Of a DNA stretch of 64,000 nucleotides, positions 49,803 to 59,471 are shown piece after piece. This DNA is from Gemmatimonadota bacterium (GTDB lineage: Bacteria; Gemmatimonadota; Gemmatimonadetes; Gemmatimonadales; GWC2-71-9), in NCBI GenBank assembly GCA_039588295.1, contig JBDHAB010000019.1:32001-96000 (forward strand), in the 5' to 3' direction. A program made the translations under genes and the position numbers. The notes under the pieces are model-generated. The model was not told where the DNA came from and searched no databases. It worked only from the letters and a program-made list of their open reading frames with translations. Each line of letters opens with the position of its first letter. The stretch's first letter is position 1.

Positions 49803-50304
49803 ACACCCGCTCTTCTGGGGCGTCGCCGGCGCGGTGGTGATCCTCGACTTGCTCACGAAGCAAGTCGCGGTGGCTATGCTGACCGGGCGGATCGTGCGTA
49901 TTCTGGGCGATTGGCTCTCGCTGCGCCTGGTGTACAACCCTGGCGCTGCCTTCGGCATCAACGTTGGCACCCACTCACGCTGGGTCTTCATGGTGCTGGC
50001 CATCGTTGCGTTGGTCGTGCTCGGCTCCATGGTGCGACACACGCACGTGTCTCAGCGGTTTCGCCTCACGGCACTGGCATTGGTGTGCGGTGGCGCGGTT
50101 GGAAATCTGCTCGATCGAATACGGAGTCCGCGCGGCGTCGTCGATTTCGTCGACGTGTGGATTGGGCCGTTTCACTGGCCGACCTTCAACGTCGCGGACA
50201 TGGCCGTGAGCTGTGGCGCCGTCGCGCTCGCGACGGCGCTCTGGCTCGAAGGGCGGTCTGACCGTGATCGGGCGACCGAACATGCCGGTGCCGCCGAGGC
50301 CTGA
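49786..50304 (+). CDS. lspA: Lipoprotein signal peptidase II
   Basis: D..TK, NPGAAFG, GGAVGNLLDR, VVDF, FNVAD. Confidence 0.95.
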   Translation: MPSGSKHPLFWGVAGAVVILDLLTKQVAVAMLTGRIVRILGDWLSLRLVYNPGAAFGINVGTHSRWVFMVLAIVALVVLGSMVRHTHVSQRFRLTALALVCGGAVGNLLDRIRSPRGVVDFVDVWIGPFHWPTFNVADMAVSCGAVALATALWLEGRSDRDRATEHAGAAEA

Positions 50305-51307
50305 TCGCCTCTCGGAGCCTACCCGCACCTTCTCCATCTGCGTCTGCACCACTGAGCGGCTCGACCGCTTTCTCGCCGATCAGCTCGCATTCTCCCGGAC
50401 CCACGCGGCACGGCTCGTCGCCGCGGGGACGGTGCGCGTGAACCACGAACCGGCGCGTGCGGCCCGTCAGCTGCAGCACGGGGACATCGTCGCCGTCACC
50501 ATTCCCGAGAGCCCGCCACCGCAGGAACTTGCGCCGCGACCACGGTCGCTCGACATCGTATACGAGAACGGGGCACTCCTGGTGCTGGACAAGCCTGCGG
50601 GCCTTGTCGTGCATCCGGCTCCCGGACACTGGGACGATACCCTGTTGAACGCGCTCGTCGCGCGGGGCACACCGCTGTCAGTGGGTGGCAGTGGTCGGCC
50701 CGGCATCGTCCACCGCCTCGACAAGGACACGTCGGGACTGCTGATCGTCGCGAAGACCGATGCCGCACATCGGTCGCTTGCTCGCGCTCTCGCACGGCGA
50801 AAGGTGGAACGGACGTACGCCGCCCTCATTTGGGGCCACATCAAGGGATCGGTCGAGATCGATGCGCCGATCGCGCGGCACCCCAAAGACCGCAAGCGGA
50901 TGGCGGTGCTCGCCACCGGCCGGTCCGCCGTTACGCAGGTCGATCGGATTGGGCGTTTCGGCGCCTGCGATCTGGTCCGCGTGCGGCTGCTGACCGGCAG
51001 AACCCACCAGATCCGGGTGCATTTGGCGCACGTCGGACATCCGGTCGTTGGCGACCCGACCTACGGTGGCGGCGGAGCGCGGCGGTTATCAGGGCCACAG
51101 CGACGCGAGGCAGCCGCCATCGAGCGCGCCGCGCCCCGACAGGCACTTCACGCGGCCCGGCTCCGGTTCGACCACCCCGCGACCGGCGAGGCATTGGACC
51201 TTCGGAGCGAATGGCCGCGCGATCTCCGGGCAGCGCTGTCTGCAGCTGCCGGTGATCACACGCTTGATCGGGAGAATTCACTCCAATATCTTGAATTCTT
51301 CGAGTGA
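50282..51307 (+). CDS. rluD: RluA/RluD family pseudouridine synthase
   Basis: S4 domain, KPAGLVVHP, HRLDKDTSG, TGRTHQIRVH, GDPTYG. Confidence 0.9.
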   Translation: MPVPPRPDRLSEPTRTFSICVCTTERLDRFLADQLAFSRTHAARLVAAGTVRVNHEPARAARQLQHGDIVAVTIPESPPPQELAPRPRSLDIVYENGALLVLDKPAGLVVHPAPGHWDDTLLNALVARGTPLSVGGSGRPGIVHRLDKDTSGLLIVAKTDAAHRSLARALARRKVERTYAALIWGHIKGSVEIDAPIARHPKDRKRMAVLATGRSAVTQVDRIGRFGACDLVRVRLLTGRTHQIRVHLAHVGHPVVGDPTYGGGGARRLSGPQRREAAAIERAAPRQALHAARLRFDHPATGEALDLRSEWPRDLRAALSAAAGDHTLDRENSLQYLEFFE

Positions 51308-51448
51308 GCGCCGAGCGGGTCGGCACGACCGATACCGACTGGCACCGTGATGCGCGGGAATGGAACCGCTCCTTGTCCCCTTCCAGCCAGCCTTATCGAC
51401 GAATATCCGTGAGCAGCGTGTGGTGAGAGCCAACAGGCGGTGGTGCGG

Positions 51449-54157
51449 ATGCGTCAGTCTGAGCGACTGGAGCGAGACCGCGTGACGGGTGCTCCACCGC
51501 TTGAGCGTGACCGGGCCATTCTTCGGGCCCTCGCCGGGCGGATCGATCCTAGTGATGCCGGTGCGCAGAACAACCTCGGCGTGCTCTACTACCGTCGCGG
51601 ACTCATCGAAGAGGCGGTCCGGCAATTCCGCGAGGCATTGGAGCTCGATCCGCGGCTGCACACCGCTCGGCGGAACCTCGAGATCGCGTACACGGAGACG
51701 GGCTACTACGATCACCGGATCGCGGAACTCAGCGAGCAGCTCCGCGCGAATCCGCAAAACGATGAAGCCCAGTGGGAGCTTGGGCGAATCTACGCGTCCA
51801 TGCGGCACTTCGATTCGGCGATCGATGCGTTTCAGACCATCGTCCTCCGCGCGCCGGAACGGACGGAGGTCCTCGTGGAGTTGGGTCTGGCCGAGCGCGG
51901 TCGCGGGCGCCTGGAGCCGGCGCTGGAATGGCTGGAGCGCGCGCGGACCATCGATCCACACGATGCCACCGTGCTACAGCACCTGGGTACGGTGCTGCAT
52001 GAGCACGGTGCCGACACCGAAGCGTTCTCGGCGCTGACCCGCGCCACCCAGCTCGCCCCGGACAACGCGGAAGCGCATTATCAGCTCGCGTTCGTGCTTG
52101 GCACCCTTGGCCGGCACGACGAGGCAAGAAGCGCCACGAAACTCGCCATGCAGTTGAGTCCGTCCTTGGGCCGCCCGCACGCCACGCTATCGCTCACCTC
52201 CACGCCACATGACGGCGTTCCTCCACCAGCCGCCGCGCCGGGCCAGCAACCGACGGCGGCGCTCGCGCACTACAACCTCGGACTCGTGTTCCGCCGGCAG
52301 GGCCGGTACACCGAGGCGCTACGCGAGTTTCGCCTCGCATTGGAGGCAGGGGACGATCGCCGTCTCGTGCTGCCGGCCGTGGCCGAGCTCCATTTGCTCC
52401 GGCGGGACCACGATGCCGCGATCGAGGCGTACGATCATTTGGTGGAAGACATGGCTGACACGCCCAAGGTCTGGAACGAGCGAGGCGTCGTGCTGCACCT
52501 GCTGGGGCGATTCGATGAGGCGCTTGCCTCGTTCGAGCGTGCGATTTCGTTGGATGCCGATTATGCGCTCGCGCTCAACAACCTTGCGATCACCGCGGCG
52601 TACGGTGGCGAGCCGGCGAAGGCGATGACGGCTCTGCGCGATGCGATTCGGCGAGCGCCGGCGGTGACGCTCCCGCACACGAACCTGGGGATGCTCCTCT
52701 TCAAAGTCGGACAGCTCCAGGTGGCCATGGACGCGTTTCAGCGGGCGGCGGACTTGGATCCGACGGATGCGGCGGCGTGGAACGGCATCGGATTGGTGTT
52801 GACGGAGCTTGGGCGCGATCGGGATGCACGGCGCGCCTTCGCACGGGCCGTGGACGCCGATCCCGACTCCGCCGAACCGCACTACAACTTGAGCTTTGCA
52901 CTCTCCCGTCTCGGGGAGTTCGACGAGGCATTGCGTGAGGTGACCCGCGCACAAACCCTGGATCCGTATTACATGCCCGGCAAGTTCCGTCTCGGGATCG
53001 ACGCGGTCTACGAGCATCGGTCTACCGCGGTGGCGCCAGAAATCTCGGCGGATGTCGCGTCCGGATTGGGTGGACGCGGGTTTGCGTTTGAGGCGGAGTT
53101 GTTCGACGACGTGTTTGCCCAGCTGGATCAGGAGCCCGACGAGCCAGCAGCCGCCGGTGACGAGTCGGACCGGTACGCGGCGGCGCGCGCGCACCTGGAT
53201 CGCGGCGAGGTCGATCGTGCGATCGAGGAGGCCCAGCGGGTGCTGCAGGCCGGCGGTGAGCCAGTGGCCGGTAACGCGCTGCTCGGCATGCTGTTCGAGC
53301 GCCGGGAGTTGTACACGGAGGCGCTGGAACGGTACCGCGCCGCCCGCGCCAAGGCGCCACAACGCGTCGACCTCCGACTCGGCGAGATTCGGCAGCTCCT
53401 GGCACTCGGACGCAGCACGGTCGCGCTCGGGGAGGCCGTTGCGTTGTCCGCTGCTCACCCGGATGAAGTCGAGGCGGCGGTGCTCGTCGCCCGCGCCCGG
53501 CTCGCGAGCGGCGACCCGGCGCGCGCGCGGGAGGTTCTGGCGGAGGCGATCCATCGCACTCCGCGGCGCACCGATCTGCTCGCGCTGGAGGCGGAGATCG
53601 CCCTGGCCCTGGGGGATCTTCATGTCGCCCGCGACGCCTGCCAATCGGCGGTGGAGCTCGAACCGGGATTCGTGCACGCGTGGCTGATGCTCGGCACGGT
53701 CGCCGAAGAGGCCGAGGAATGGGATGACGCCGAGTCGGCCTATCGGTCGGCGCTGGAGGGAGACCCCGCGTTTGTGGCCGCAACCCTTGCGTTGGCCGAC
53801 GTTCACCGTAAGCGTGGGGCCTCGGAGCGAGCTGTGAACCTCCTGGCCGACGTGCTGGCCGAGCATCCTTCGAACCTGGACGCGTTGGTCGGTCTCGGCC
53901 GCGCGTTGCTCGACGGCGGTCGCACGGAGCAGGCCCTGGAGGCCTTCGATCGGCTGCTGCAATACGATAGTGAGCACGTCGGGGCGCTGTTTCTGTCTGC
54001 GGTGGCGGACGCGCGCCTCCGGAGATTTCGGGAAGCCGTGGCGTGTTGGGAACGCGTGGTGGCGCTCGAACCGACGAGTCCATTGGCCGCACGAGCGAAG
54101 GATCTCGCGCGAACGGCCCTCGACCTCGACCGCTTGTTTCCGGTTGGAGAGCTGTAG
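51449..54157 (+). CDS. Large multi-TPR protein
   Basis: Many TPR units (AHYNLG, AWNGIG, ALNNLA...); no signal peptide. Confidence 0.9.
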   Translation: MRQSERLERDRVTGAPPLERDRAILRALAGRIDPSDAGAQNNLGVLYYRRGLIEEAVRQFREALELDPRLHTARRNLEIAYTETGYYDHRIAELSEQLRANPQNDEAQWELGRIYASMRHFDSAIDAFQTIVLRAPERTEVLVELGLAERGRGRLEPALEWLERARTIDPHDATVLQHLGTVLHEHGADTEAFSALTRATQLAPDNAEAHYQLAFVLGTLGRHDEARSATKLAMQLSPSLGRPHATLSLTSTPHDGVPPPAAAPGQQPTAALAHYNLGLVFRRQGRYTEALREFRLALEAGDDRRLVLPAVAELHLLRRDHDAAIEAYDHLVEDMADTPKVWNERGVVLHLLGRFDEALASFERAISLDADYALALNNLAITAAYGGEPAKAMTALRDAIRRAPAVTLPHTNLGMLLFKVGQLQVAMDAFQRAADLDPTDAAAWNGIGLVLTELGRDRDARRAFARAVDADPDSAEPHYNLSFALSRLGEFDEALREVTRAQTLDPYYMPGKFRLGIDAVYEHRSTAVAPEISADVASGLGGRGFAFEAELFDDVFAQLDQEPDEPAAAGDESDRYAAARAHLDRGEVDRAIEEAQRVLQAGGEPVAGNALLGMLFERRELYTEALERYRAARAKAPQRVDLRLGEIRQLLALGRSTVALGEAVALSAAHPDEVEAAVLVARARLASGDPARAREVLAEAIHRTPRRTDLLALEAEIALALGDLHVARDACQSAVELEPGFVHAWLMLGTVAEEAEEWDDAESAYRSALEGDPAFVAATLALADVHRKRGASERAVNLLADVLAEHPSNLDALVGLGRALLDGGRTEQALEAFDRLLQYDSEHVGALFLSAVADARLRRFREAVACWERVVALEPTSPLAARAKDLARTALDLDRLFPVGEL

Positions 54158-55318
54158 ATGGCAATCGAAGGTCCGCTGAGAGAACTCGGGATTCACGACG
54201 TGTTCCAATTGCTCGATCTCAGTCGAAAGACGGGCGTGTTGACGATTACCTCCCGCGTCCGCCAGAACCGAGGGGTCGTGTACTTCGAGCACGGTGCAGT
54301 GGTGCACGCCGGCATTCAGGCGAATCCCCATCCGCTGGGTGGGGTGCTCCTTCGCGCGGGTAAGATCGCCGAGGCGGATCTCCACCGAGCGCGAGCCATG
54401 CAGCAACGTGGCGATACCCGTCGCTTGGGGGAGATCTTGGTGGCGATCGGTGCGCTGGCGCGACGGGAAGTGGAGCGTCAGGTGCGGCTCCAGATCGAAG
54501 AGGTCGTCTTCGAGGTGATGAGCTGGCGCGAGGGCTATTTCTCGTTTATCGAGGGTCCCTTGGACGGTATCCCGGCCGAGGCAACGGTGCGCATCCCAAC
54601 CGGTTCGCTCCTGCTGGAGGCCGCGCGGAGAATCGACGAATGGTCACGGATCGAGTCGCACATCCCGCGGTTGACCTTGGTGCCGCACCTCGCCGAACTC
54701 GAGGGCGAGGGCGGCTGGCTGGACCTCCTACCCGCGGAATGGGAGGTGCTTGCCGCCATTGACGGCCAACGCGATCTTCGCGCCATCGGGCGGACGCTGC
54801 GCAAATCCGAATTCGACGTGGCGAGAACGGTGTTCGGACTCGAGAGCGCCGGAGTGGTCGCGCTCAAGGAAGAGGGTATGCCGATCGCTGAGGGGGGAGA
54901 GAACCGTGGGGATCTGCAGGAGCTGCTCGACCGAGTCGAGGACGCTTTGGCCCGCGGGGATGCGCAGGACGCCGTGCGGTTAGCCGAAGCGGCGCGTGGG
55001 CGCTTCCGTGATGAACCCGGCGTCGCATTCATCTCAGGACGGGCCAGTCTGGTGGGTGGCCGGATCGCGGAGGCCGAGGAGGCGTTTCGCCATGCGCTCC
55101 GACTCGACCCCTTGATGCTCCCCGCCCACCGATTCCTCGGCGATGCCCTGGCGAAGCAAGGCAAGATCGCCGAAGCCGTCGAGTGGTGGGAGCGATGGCT
55201 CACGCTGCGTGGACACGGGAATGATGTGGAGGCGGACGACGACGAGACTGCAGCCGTGCGCAGCGCGCTTCAGGCAGCGCACACTCTCGCTACCTTCCTG
55301 CAGGTACCACATGAATGA
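54158..55318 (+). CDS. DUF4388 (PATAN-like) / MshEN-like motif / winged-helix / TPR protein
   Basis: MAIEGPL..LGIHDVFQLLDLSRKTGVL..GVVYFEHG, W.EG.F.F, LLLEAARRIDEW. Confidence 0.85.
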   Translation: MAIEGPLRELGIHDVFQLLDLSRKTGVLTITSRVRQNRGVVYFEHGAVVHAGIQANPHPLGGVLLRAGKIAEADLHRARAMQQRGDTRRLGEILVAIGALARREVERQVRLQIEEVVFEVMSWREGYFSFIEGPLDGIPAEATVRIPTGSLLLEAARRIDEWSRIESHIPRLTLVPHLAELEGEGGWLDLLPAEWEVLAAIDGQRDLRAIGRTLRKSEFDVARTVFGLESAGVVALKEEGMPIAEGGENRGDLQELLDRVEDALARGDAQDAVRLAEAARGRFRDEPGVAFISGRASLVGGRIAEAEEAFRHALRLDPLMLPAHRFLGDALAKQGKIAEAVEWWERWLTLRGHGNDVEADDDETAAVRSALQAAHTLATFLQVPHE

Positions 55319-56105
55319 CGAGATCGCGGCCCTCACGGACGCGCTGACCCGGGATCCGGGCAGCCTGGCATTTCTTGAGCTGGGGGAGATGTTGCGCCGA
55401 CGGGGCGAGTTCGAGGCAGCCGTCGGGGTGTCGCTCTCCGGTCTCGAGCATCACCCGGATCTGCTCGAGGCGCACGATCTGTACGCGCGCATCCTGGCGG
55501 ACGTGGGAGATGTGGACCGTGCCTGGGAGGTGTGGGAGGGGATCTTGGCGCGTGAGCCGCGGCACGTGGGCGCCCTCAAGGGTCTTGGGTTCCTGTCCTT
55601 TGGAGCGGGCGATCTGGATTCGGCCCTCGATCGCTTGGAGCTCGCGCTGGCCGCCGATCCGACGGACCCGACGGTGGTTCAGGCGCTCATGACGGCGCGT
55701 GCGGCAGCCGAAGGCGGCGTGCCCGTCGGCTCGCCTGAGCTGGCGGATCCGGTGTTTGCGGGGCTCGATGGTGCCGAGCAGGGAATCCTGCTCGTGGACG
55801 AACGGGGGCAGGTGTTGGGCGGTGGCGTGGCGGATGAGCGTGGCGAGGACGTGTCGGAGAAATCCGCGGCTTTTCTGGCGGGCGCGGCGCGTGAAGCCGA
55901 ACGTACGGCACGCCTGCTGGACATGGGCTATTGGCGCTGGGTCGCAGCCGAATCGTCGGGAGGCAACGTGCATCTCAGCGCCCCGGCGGAGGGAAGCCTG
56001 CTGATGATCGTGCGCGATCGCAGCGTGCCATCCGGTCGGCTCGCGATGCTCGCCGCACGTGCGGCGGAGGCCGCGCGAACCTGGCTCTGGGAGCAGCAGT
56101 TGTGA
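55311..56105 (+). CDS. TPR plus C-terminal Roadblock/LC7 protein
   Basis: N-terminal TPRs (DPGSLAF.ELGE); C-terminal GILLVDERGQVL...Roadblock pattern. Confidence 0.75.
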   Translation: MNDEIAALTDALTRDPGSLAFLELGEMLRRRGEFEAAVGVSLSGLEHHPDLLEAHDLYARILADVGDVDRAWEVWEGILAREPRHVGALKGLGFLSFGAGDLDSALDRLELALAADPTDPTVVQALMTARAAAEGGVPVGSPELADPVFAGLDGAEQGILLVDERGQVLGGGVADERGEDVSEKSAAFLAGAAREAERTARLLDMGYWRWVAAESSGGNVHLSAPAEGSLLMIVRDRSVPSGRLAMLAARAAEAARTWLWEQQL

Positions 56106-56452
56106 ACCCGCGGTTCCAACAGGCACTTGACGGGATCACCCGGGTCGGAGGGGTTCGGGGGGCGATGCTGGTGACGGCCGACGACGGGCTGGTGATTGCC
56201 GACACCGTGATGGAAGGAGTGCGGGGGAACGCGGTAGCGGCACTGGCCGCGAGCTTGATGAAGCGGTTTCGCCGGGTGTCGGCGGCCGCGTCAGTTGGGG
56301 CGCCCCACTTTCTACACTTGCAGGCAGACAATGGGACCCTGGTCGTTGTGCCCGCGCCGAACGACGTGCTCGTGGTGACGATCGGCAGCCCGGAGCTGAA
56401 CGTCGGACTGACACGACTGGTAATGATGCGGGCAGCCGAGGTGATGACGTGA
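56102..56452 (+). CDS. Roadblock/LC7 domain protein
   Basis: GVRGAMLV..DGLVI...AALAASL...NVGLTRL; GTGA overlap. Confidence 0.85.
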   Translation: MNPRFQQALDGITRVGGVRGAMLVTADDGLVIADTVMEGVRGNAVAALAASLMKRFRRVSAAASVGAPHFLHLQADNGTLVVVPAPNDVLVVTIGSPELNVGLTRLVMMRAAEVMT

Positions 56453-56919
56453 AGACGACGCGGGCTGTCGAGTCGTGGACGCTGCAGCCGTTAGAGCGGT
56501 TCATTTACGATACGGGGGCGCGCCTGACGCTGATCATGACCCCGGCTGGGCAGGTACTGGCCCAACATGGCTTCACGCGGGCCGTCGACGTGATGGCGGC
56601 TGCGGCACTGGGGGCGGCCATCTTCTCGTCCACGGGCGAGATTGCAAAGATGCTGCGGGAGGGCGGATTTTCGTCGTTGAATCATCAAGGGCGACGGCAT
56701 GGGGTCTTCCTCGGTGGATTTGAGACCCGCCGAGGCCGGCTGCTCGCGCTCGTGGTGTACGGCCCCGACTCGTCGCTCGGTCTGGTCCAGTTGTTCTTCG
56801 AGGAGCTGGTGGAGCGTCTAGCGCTCGCGTCGCCGATGCAGGACGATCGACGTCCCATCCTCGCAGCCGACTTCGAACGCGAGCTGAATGAGAGCCTCTC
56901 TAGCCTGTTTGGACGGTGA
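56449..56919 (+). CDS. mglB: MglB-like Roadblock protein
   Basis: GQVLAQHG...AAALGA.....A..L.E..F..L.HQG...SSLGLV...ELN.SL..LF, similar to MglB; adjacent to mglA. Confidence 0.7.
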   Translation: MKTTRAVESWTLQPLERFIYDTGARLTLIMTPAGQVLAQHGFTRAVDVMAAAALGAAIFSSTGEIAKMLREGGFSSLNHQGRRHGVFLGGFETRRGRLLALVVYGPDSSLGLVQLFFEELVERLALASPMQDDRRPILAADFERELNESLSSLFGR

Positions 56920-56922
56920 GCG

Positions 56923-57522
56923 TTGTCACTAGTCAACTTCACGAACCGTGAGATCACCTGCAAGATCGTCTACTACGGGCCGGGCCGCTCGGGAAAGACG
57001 ACGAATCTGCAGTACATTTACGGTCGCGTGCCCGACGGCCGCCGAGGCAGAATGGTATCGCTCGCGACGGAGACCGAGCGTACGCTGTTCTTCGATTTCC
57101 TCCCGCTCGAGCTCGGAAGCATCTCGGGGTTCACGACGCGGTTTCACCTCTATACAGTGCCGGGACAGGTGTACTACAACTCGACCCGCAAGCTGGTGCT
57201 GCAGGGCGCCGACGGCGTCGTGTTCGTGGCTGACAGTCAGGCCCGGCAGCTCGATGACAACATCGACAGCTTGCAGAACCTCCAGGCCAACCTGATCGAG
57301 TTGGATATCGAGGTGCGCTCGTTGCCGCTCGTGTTTCAATACAACAAGCAAGACCTGCCCGAGGATCTCATCCTGACGCACACGGAGCTGGATGACGCGG
57401 TCAACTTCTGGGGCGTCCCGAGCTTCACGTCAGACGCGTTGCGTGGGGTTGGAGTGTTCGAAACCTTGAAGGCCGTATCCGAGATGGTCCTGCGCAGATT
57501 GAGCCGGGAGGCTCCCGAGTGA
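56923..57522 (+). CDS. mglA: MglA family small Ras-like GTPase
   Basis: REITCKIVYYGPGRSGKTTNL, ERTLFFDFLP, LYTVPGQVYY, GADGVVFVADS, QYNKQD, GVFETLK; TTG start. Confidence 0.93.
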   Translation: MSLVNFTNREITCKIVYYGPGRSGKTTNLQYIYGRVPDGRRGRMVSLATETERTLFFDFLPLELGSISGFTTRFHLYTVPGQVYYNSTRKLVLQGADGVVFVADSQARQLDDNIDSLQNLQANLIELDIEVRSLPLVFQYNKQDLPEDLILTHTELDDAVNFWGVPSFTSDALRGVGVFETLKAVSEMVLRRLSREAPE

Positions 57523-59471
57523 ACGAAGAACTCAACCCGCGGTTCACGTTCGACGCCTTCGTGGTCGGCGCCGCCAATCGGCTCGCGGTGACCGCTACCC
57601 GAACCGTCGCCGAGTCGCCGGGGACGGCGTACAACCCGCTCTTCATCTACGGTGAGAGCGGCTTGGGCAAGACGCACCTGCTCATGGCCATTGGCCACTT
57701 GTCCAAAGAGCTCGCACCGGGCCTGGACGTGGAGTATGTGACGCTGGACGAGTTTGTGGAGCTCTATCAAGCGGCGGTTGGCGCGGGGCAGAGCGAGGCT
57801 CTGCGGGGGCGGCTCGGCCGGATCGACGTGCTTCTCGTCGATGACGTGCATTTCCTCACGCACCGCCGCGAGATGCAGGCTGAACTGCTGCGGGTCGTGG
57901 AGCAGCTGCAGGGCGGAAACCGTCAGGTCGTGCTGACCAGCGATCGTCCCCCAGCAGAGATCCAGGAACTCGACACCAGGCTGTTGACCCGGTTCGACGG
58001 CGGTTTGGTGGTGGACATCGACACCCCCGACTACGAGACCCGCCTTGCGATCCTCAAGCGTCGAGCGGCCGACCGCGGAGCACAATTCGCTTCAGGGGTG
58101 CTCGACGTGGTGGCCCAGGTCGAGGTCAACAACGTCCGCGAGCTGTTGGGTCTCCTGAACCGCCTCGTGGCGTACCAGGCCGTCAGTGAGACCCCACTCA
58201 CACCGGATGCCGCCCATCAACTGCTTTCGGGTGAGGTGCCGCAGCGTCCCAGCGTCACCGGCGTGCCCGACGCAGCCGTTCGAGCGGCAGACGAATTCGC
58301 AGAGTTCCTCTCTGGTATCAGCCACACCGTCCAGGAGCAGATCGACGCGTGGCGCACGCGGGTAGGCGACGGCATCAAACGGTGGGGGAGTGAGGGGTAC
58401 CGTACGGCGCGACTGGAACAGCTCCTGAAGCAAGATGTGCCCACGGGGGTCGATCGCGTGATCAAGGCCTATGAACAGGATGTCGACCACTTGAAGGCCT
58501 TCCAGCGTGCGATGGCGCGGGTCGACCCCCACCGGGTGAGTGATCCAGTATTCTACGACCCCGATCGACTGGAGGAGGCCGACGCGCTCGTGCAGGCGGC
58601 GCTGCGCGAAGGTCGCCCGCCGCCGGGTCCTTCCTCCGCCTGGACCATGGAAACGCTCGTCGTGGGAGAGGCGAACAAGTTCGCGTTGAACGCGGCGAAT
58701 GGTGTGATCGCGGCGCCGGGCGTGAGTTATAACCCGATGGTGGTCGTGGGACCGCCCGGCGTTGGGAAGACCCATCTGCTGCACGCGATGGGCAACGCGC
58801 TTGCTGAGGATCCCGAGGCCCGCGTGGCGTGCCTGTCGGCCCAGCAGTTCGTCGACGAGCTCCTCGATGCGATCGATGGGGACCGTGTGGAATCGTGGCG
58901 GAAGCGCTATCGGTCCGCCACTGCGTTGCTGCTGGACGATGTGCATCTCCTCGCAGGCAAGGAGCGGTCGCAGGAGGAGTTGTTTCACCTCTACAATTCG
59001 TTCATCCAGGGCGAGCAGCAGCTCATGTTCACGTTGATACTGCCCCCCAAGGATGTGGAGGGTTTCGACGCGCGACTGGTGTCTCGGTTGGAAGGTGGCC
59101 TGCTGGCACAACTGGCTGCCCCCGATCGGGAGTTGCGGCGTGAGATTGCCCTGCGGAAGCTCGGAGGGAAATTCGGCGATGTGGAGGTACCGTTGGTGGA
59201 CTATCTGGCGGATCGTCCGGCGGATTCGATCCGTGAGGTCCTCAATGTCGTTCAGCGCATCGTGCGAGCAGCGCAGGCGCAGGGGGCTGAGCCAACGGCC
59301 GCCTTCGCCAAGGCGTTGCTGGAAGGGGCGAGGCCCTCGGCGGCCCGAACGGCCGGAGCCGTTCGAACAAGCGGGATCATGATCTCGCCGATCGGGAGCA
59401 TCCGCAGCCGGGAGAAGGTAGTGTGGGATTGGCCCGAGCCGGCGGACCGGGTCATTGAGGAGCTGGTGTGA
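57519..59471 (+). CDS. Tandem DnaA/Hda-type AAA+ ATPase lacking DnaA domains I and IV
   Basis: Two modules: YNPLFIYGESGLGKTHL / LLVDDVHFL / RLLTRF / NVREL and YNP..VGPPGVGKTHL / LLLDDVHLL / RLVSRL / SIRE. Confidence 0.88.
   Translation: MNEELNPRFTFDAFVVGAANRLAVTATRTVAESPGTAYNPLFIYGESGLGKTHLLMAIGHLSKELAPGLDVEYVTLDEFVELYQAAVGAGQSEALRGRLGRIDVLLVDDVHFLTHRREMQAELLRVVEQLQGGNRQVVLTSDRPPAEIQELDTRLLTRFDGGLVVDIDTPDYETRLAILKRRAADRGAQFASGVLDVVAQVEVNNVRELLGLLNRLVAYQAVSETPLTPDAAHQLLSGEVPQRPSVTGVPDAAVRAADEFAEFLSGISHTVQEQIDAWRTRVGDGIKRWGSEGYRTARLEQLLKQDVPTGVDRVIKAYEQDVDHLKAFQRAMARVDPHRVSDPVFYDPDRLEEADALVQAALREGRPPPGPSSAWTMETLVVGEANKFALNAANGVIAAPGVSYNPMVVVGPPGVGKTHLLHAMGNALAEDPEARVACLSAQQFVDELLDAIDGDRVESWRKRYRSATALLLDDVHLLAGKERSQEELFHLYNSFIQGEQQLMFTLILPPKDVEGFDARLVSRLEGGLLAQLAAPDRELRREIALRKLGGKFGDVEVPLVDYLADRPADSIREVLNVVQRIVRAAQAQGAEPTAAFAKALLEGARPSAARTAGAVRTSGIMISPIGSIRSREKVVWDWPEPADRVIEELV

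Noticed and set aside
52319..54406. Long antisense ORFs (695 aa here; also 38030-39853, 34364-35977, 45988-47406, 1757-3130, 59252-60562)
   Set aside because: They lie opposite clearly recognisable genes and have no motifs; such shadow ORFs are expected from high-GC codon bias.
57519..59471. Calling this gene dnaA, or the region oriC
   Set aside because: No domain I or IV, no dnaN/recF/gyrB neighbours, and no AT-rich DnaA-box intergenic region noticed.
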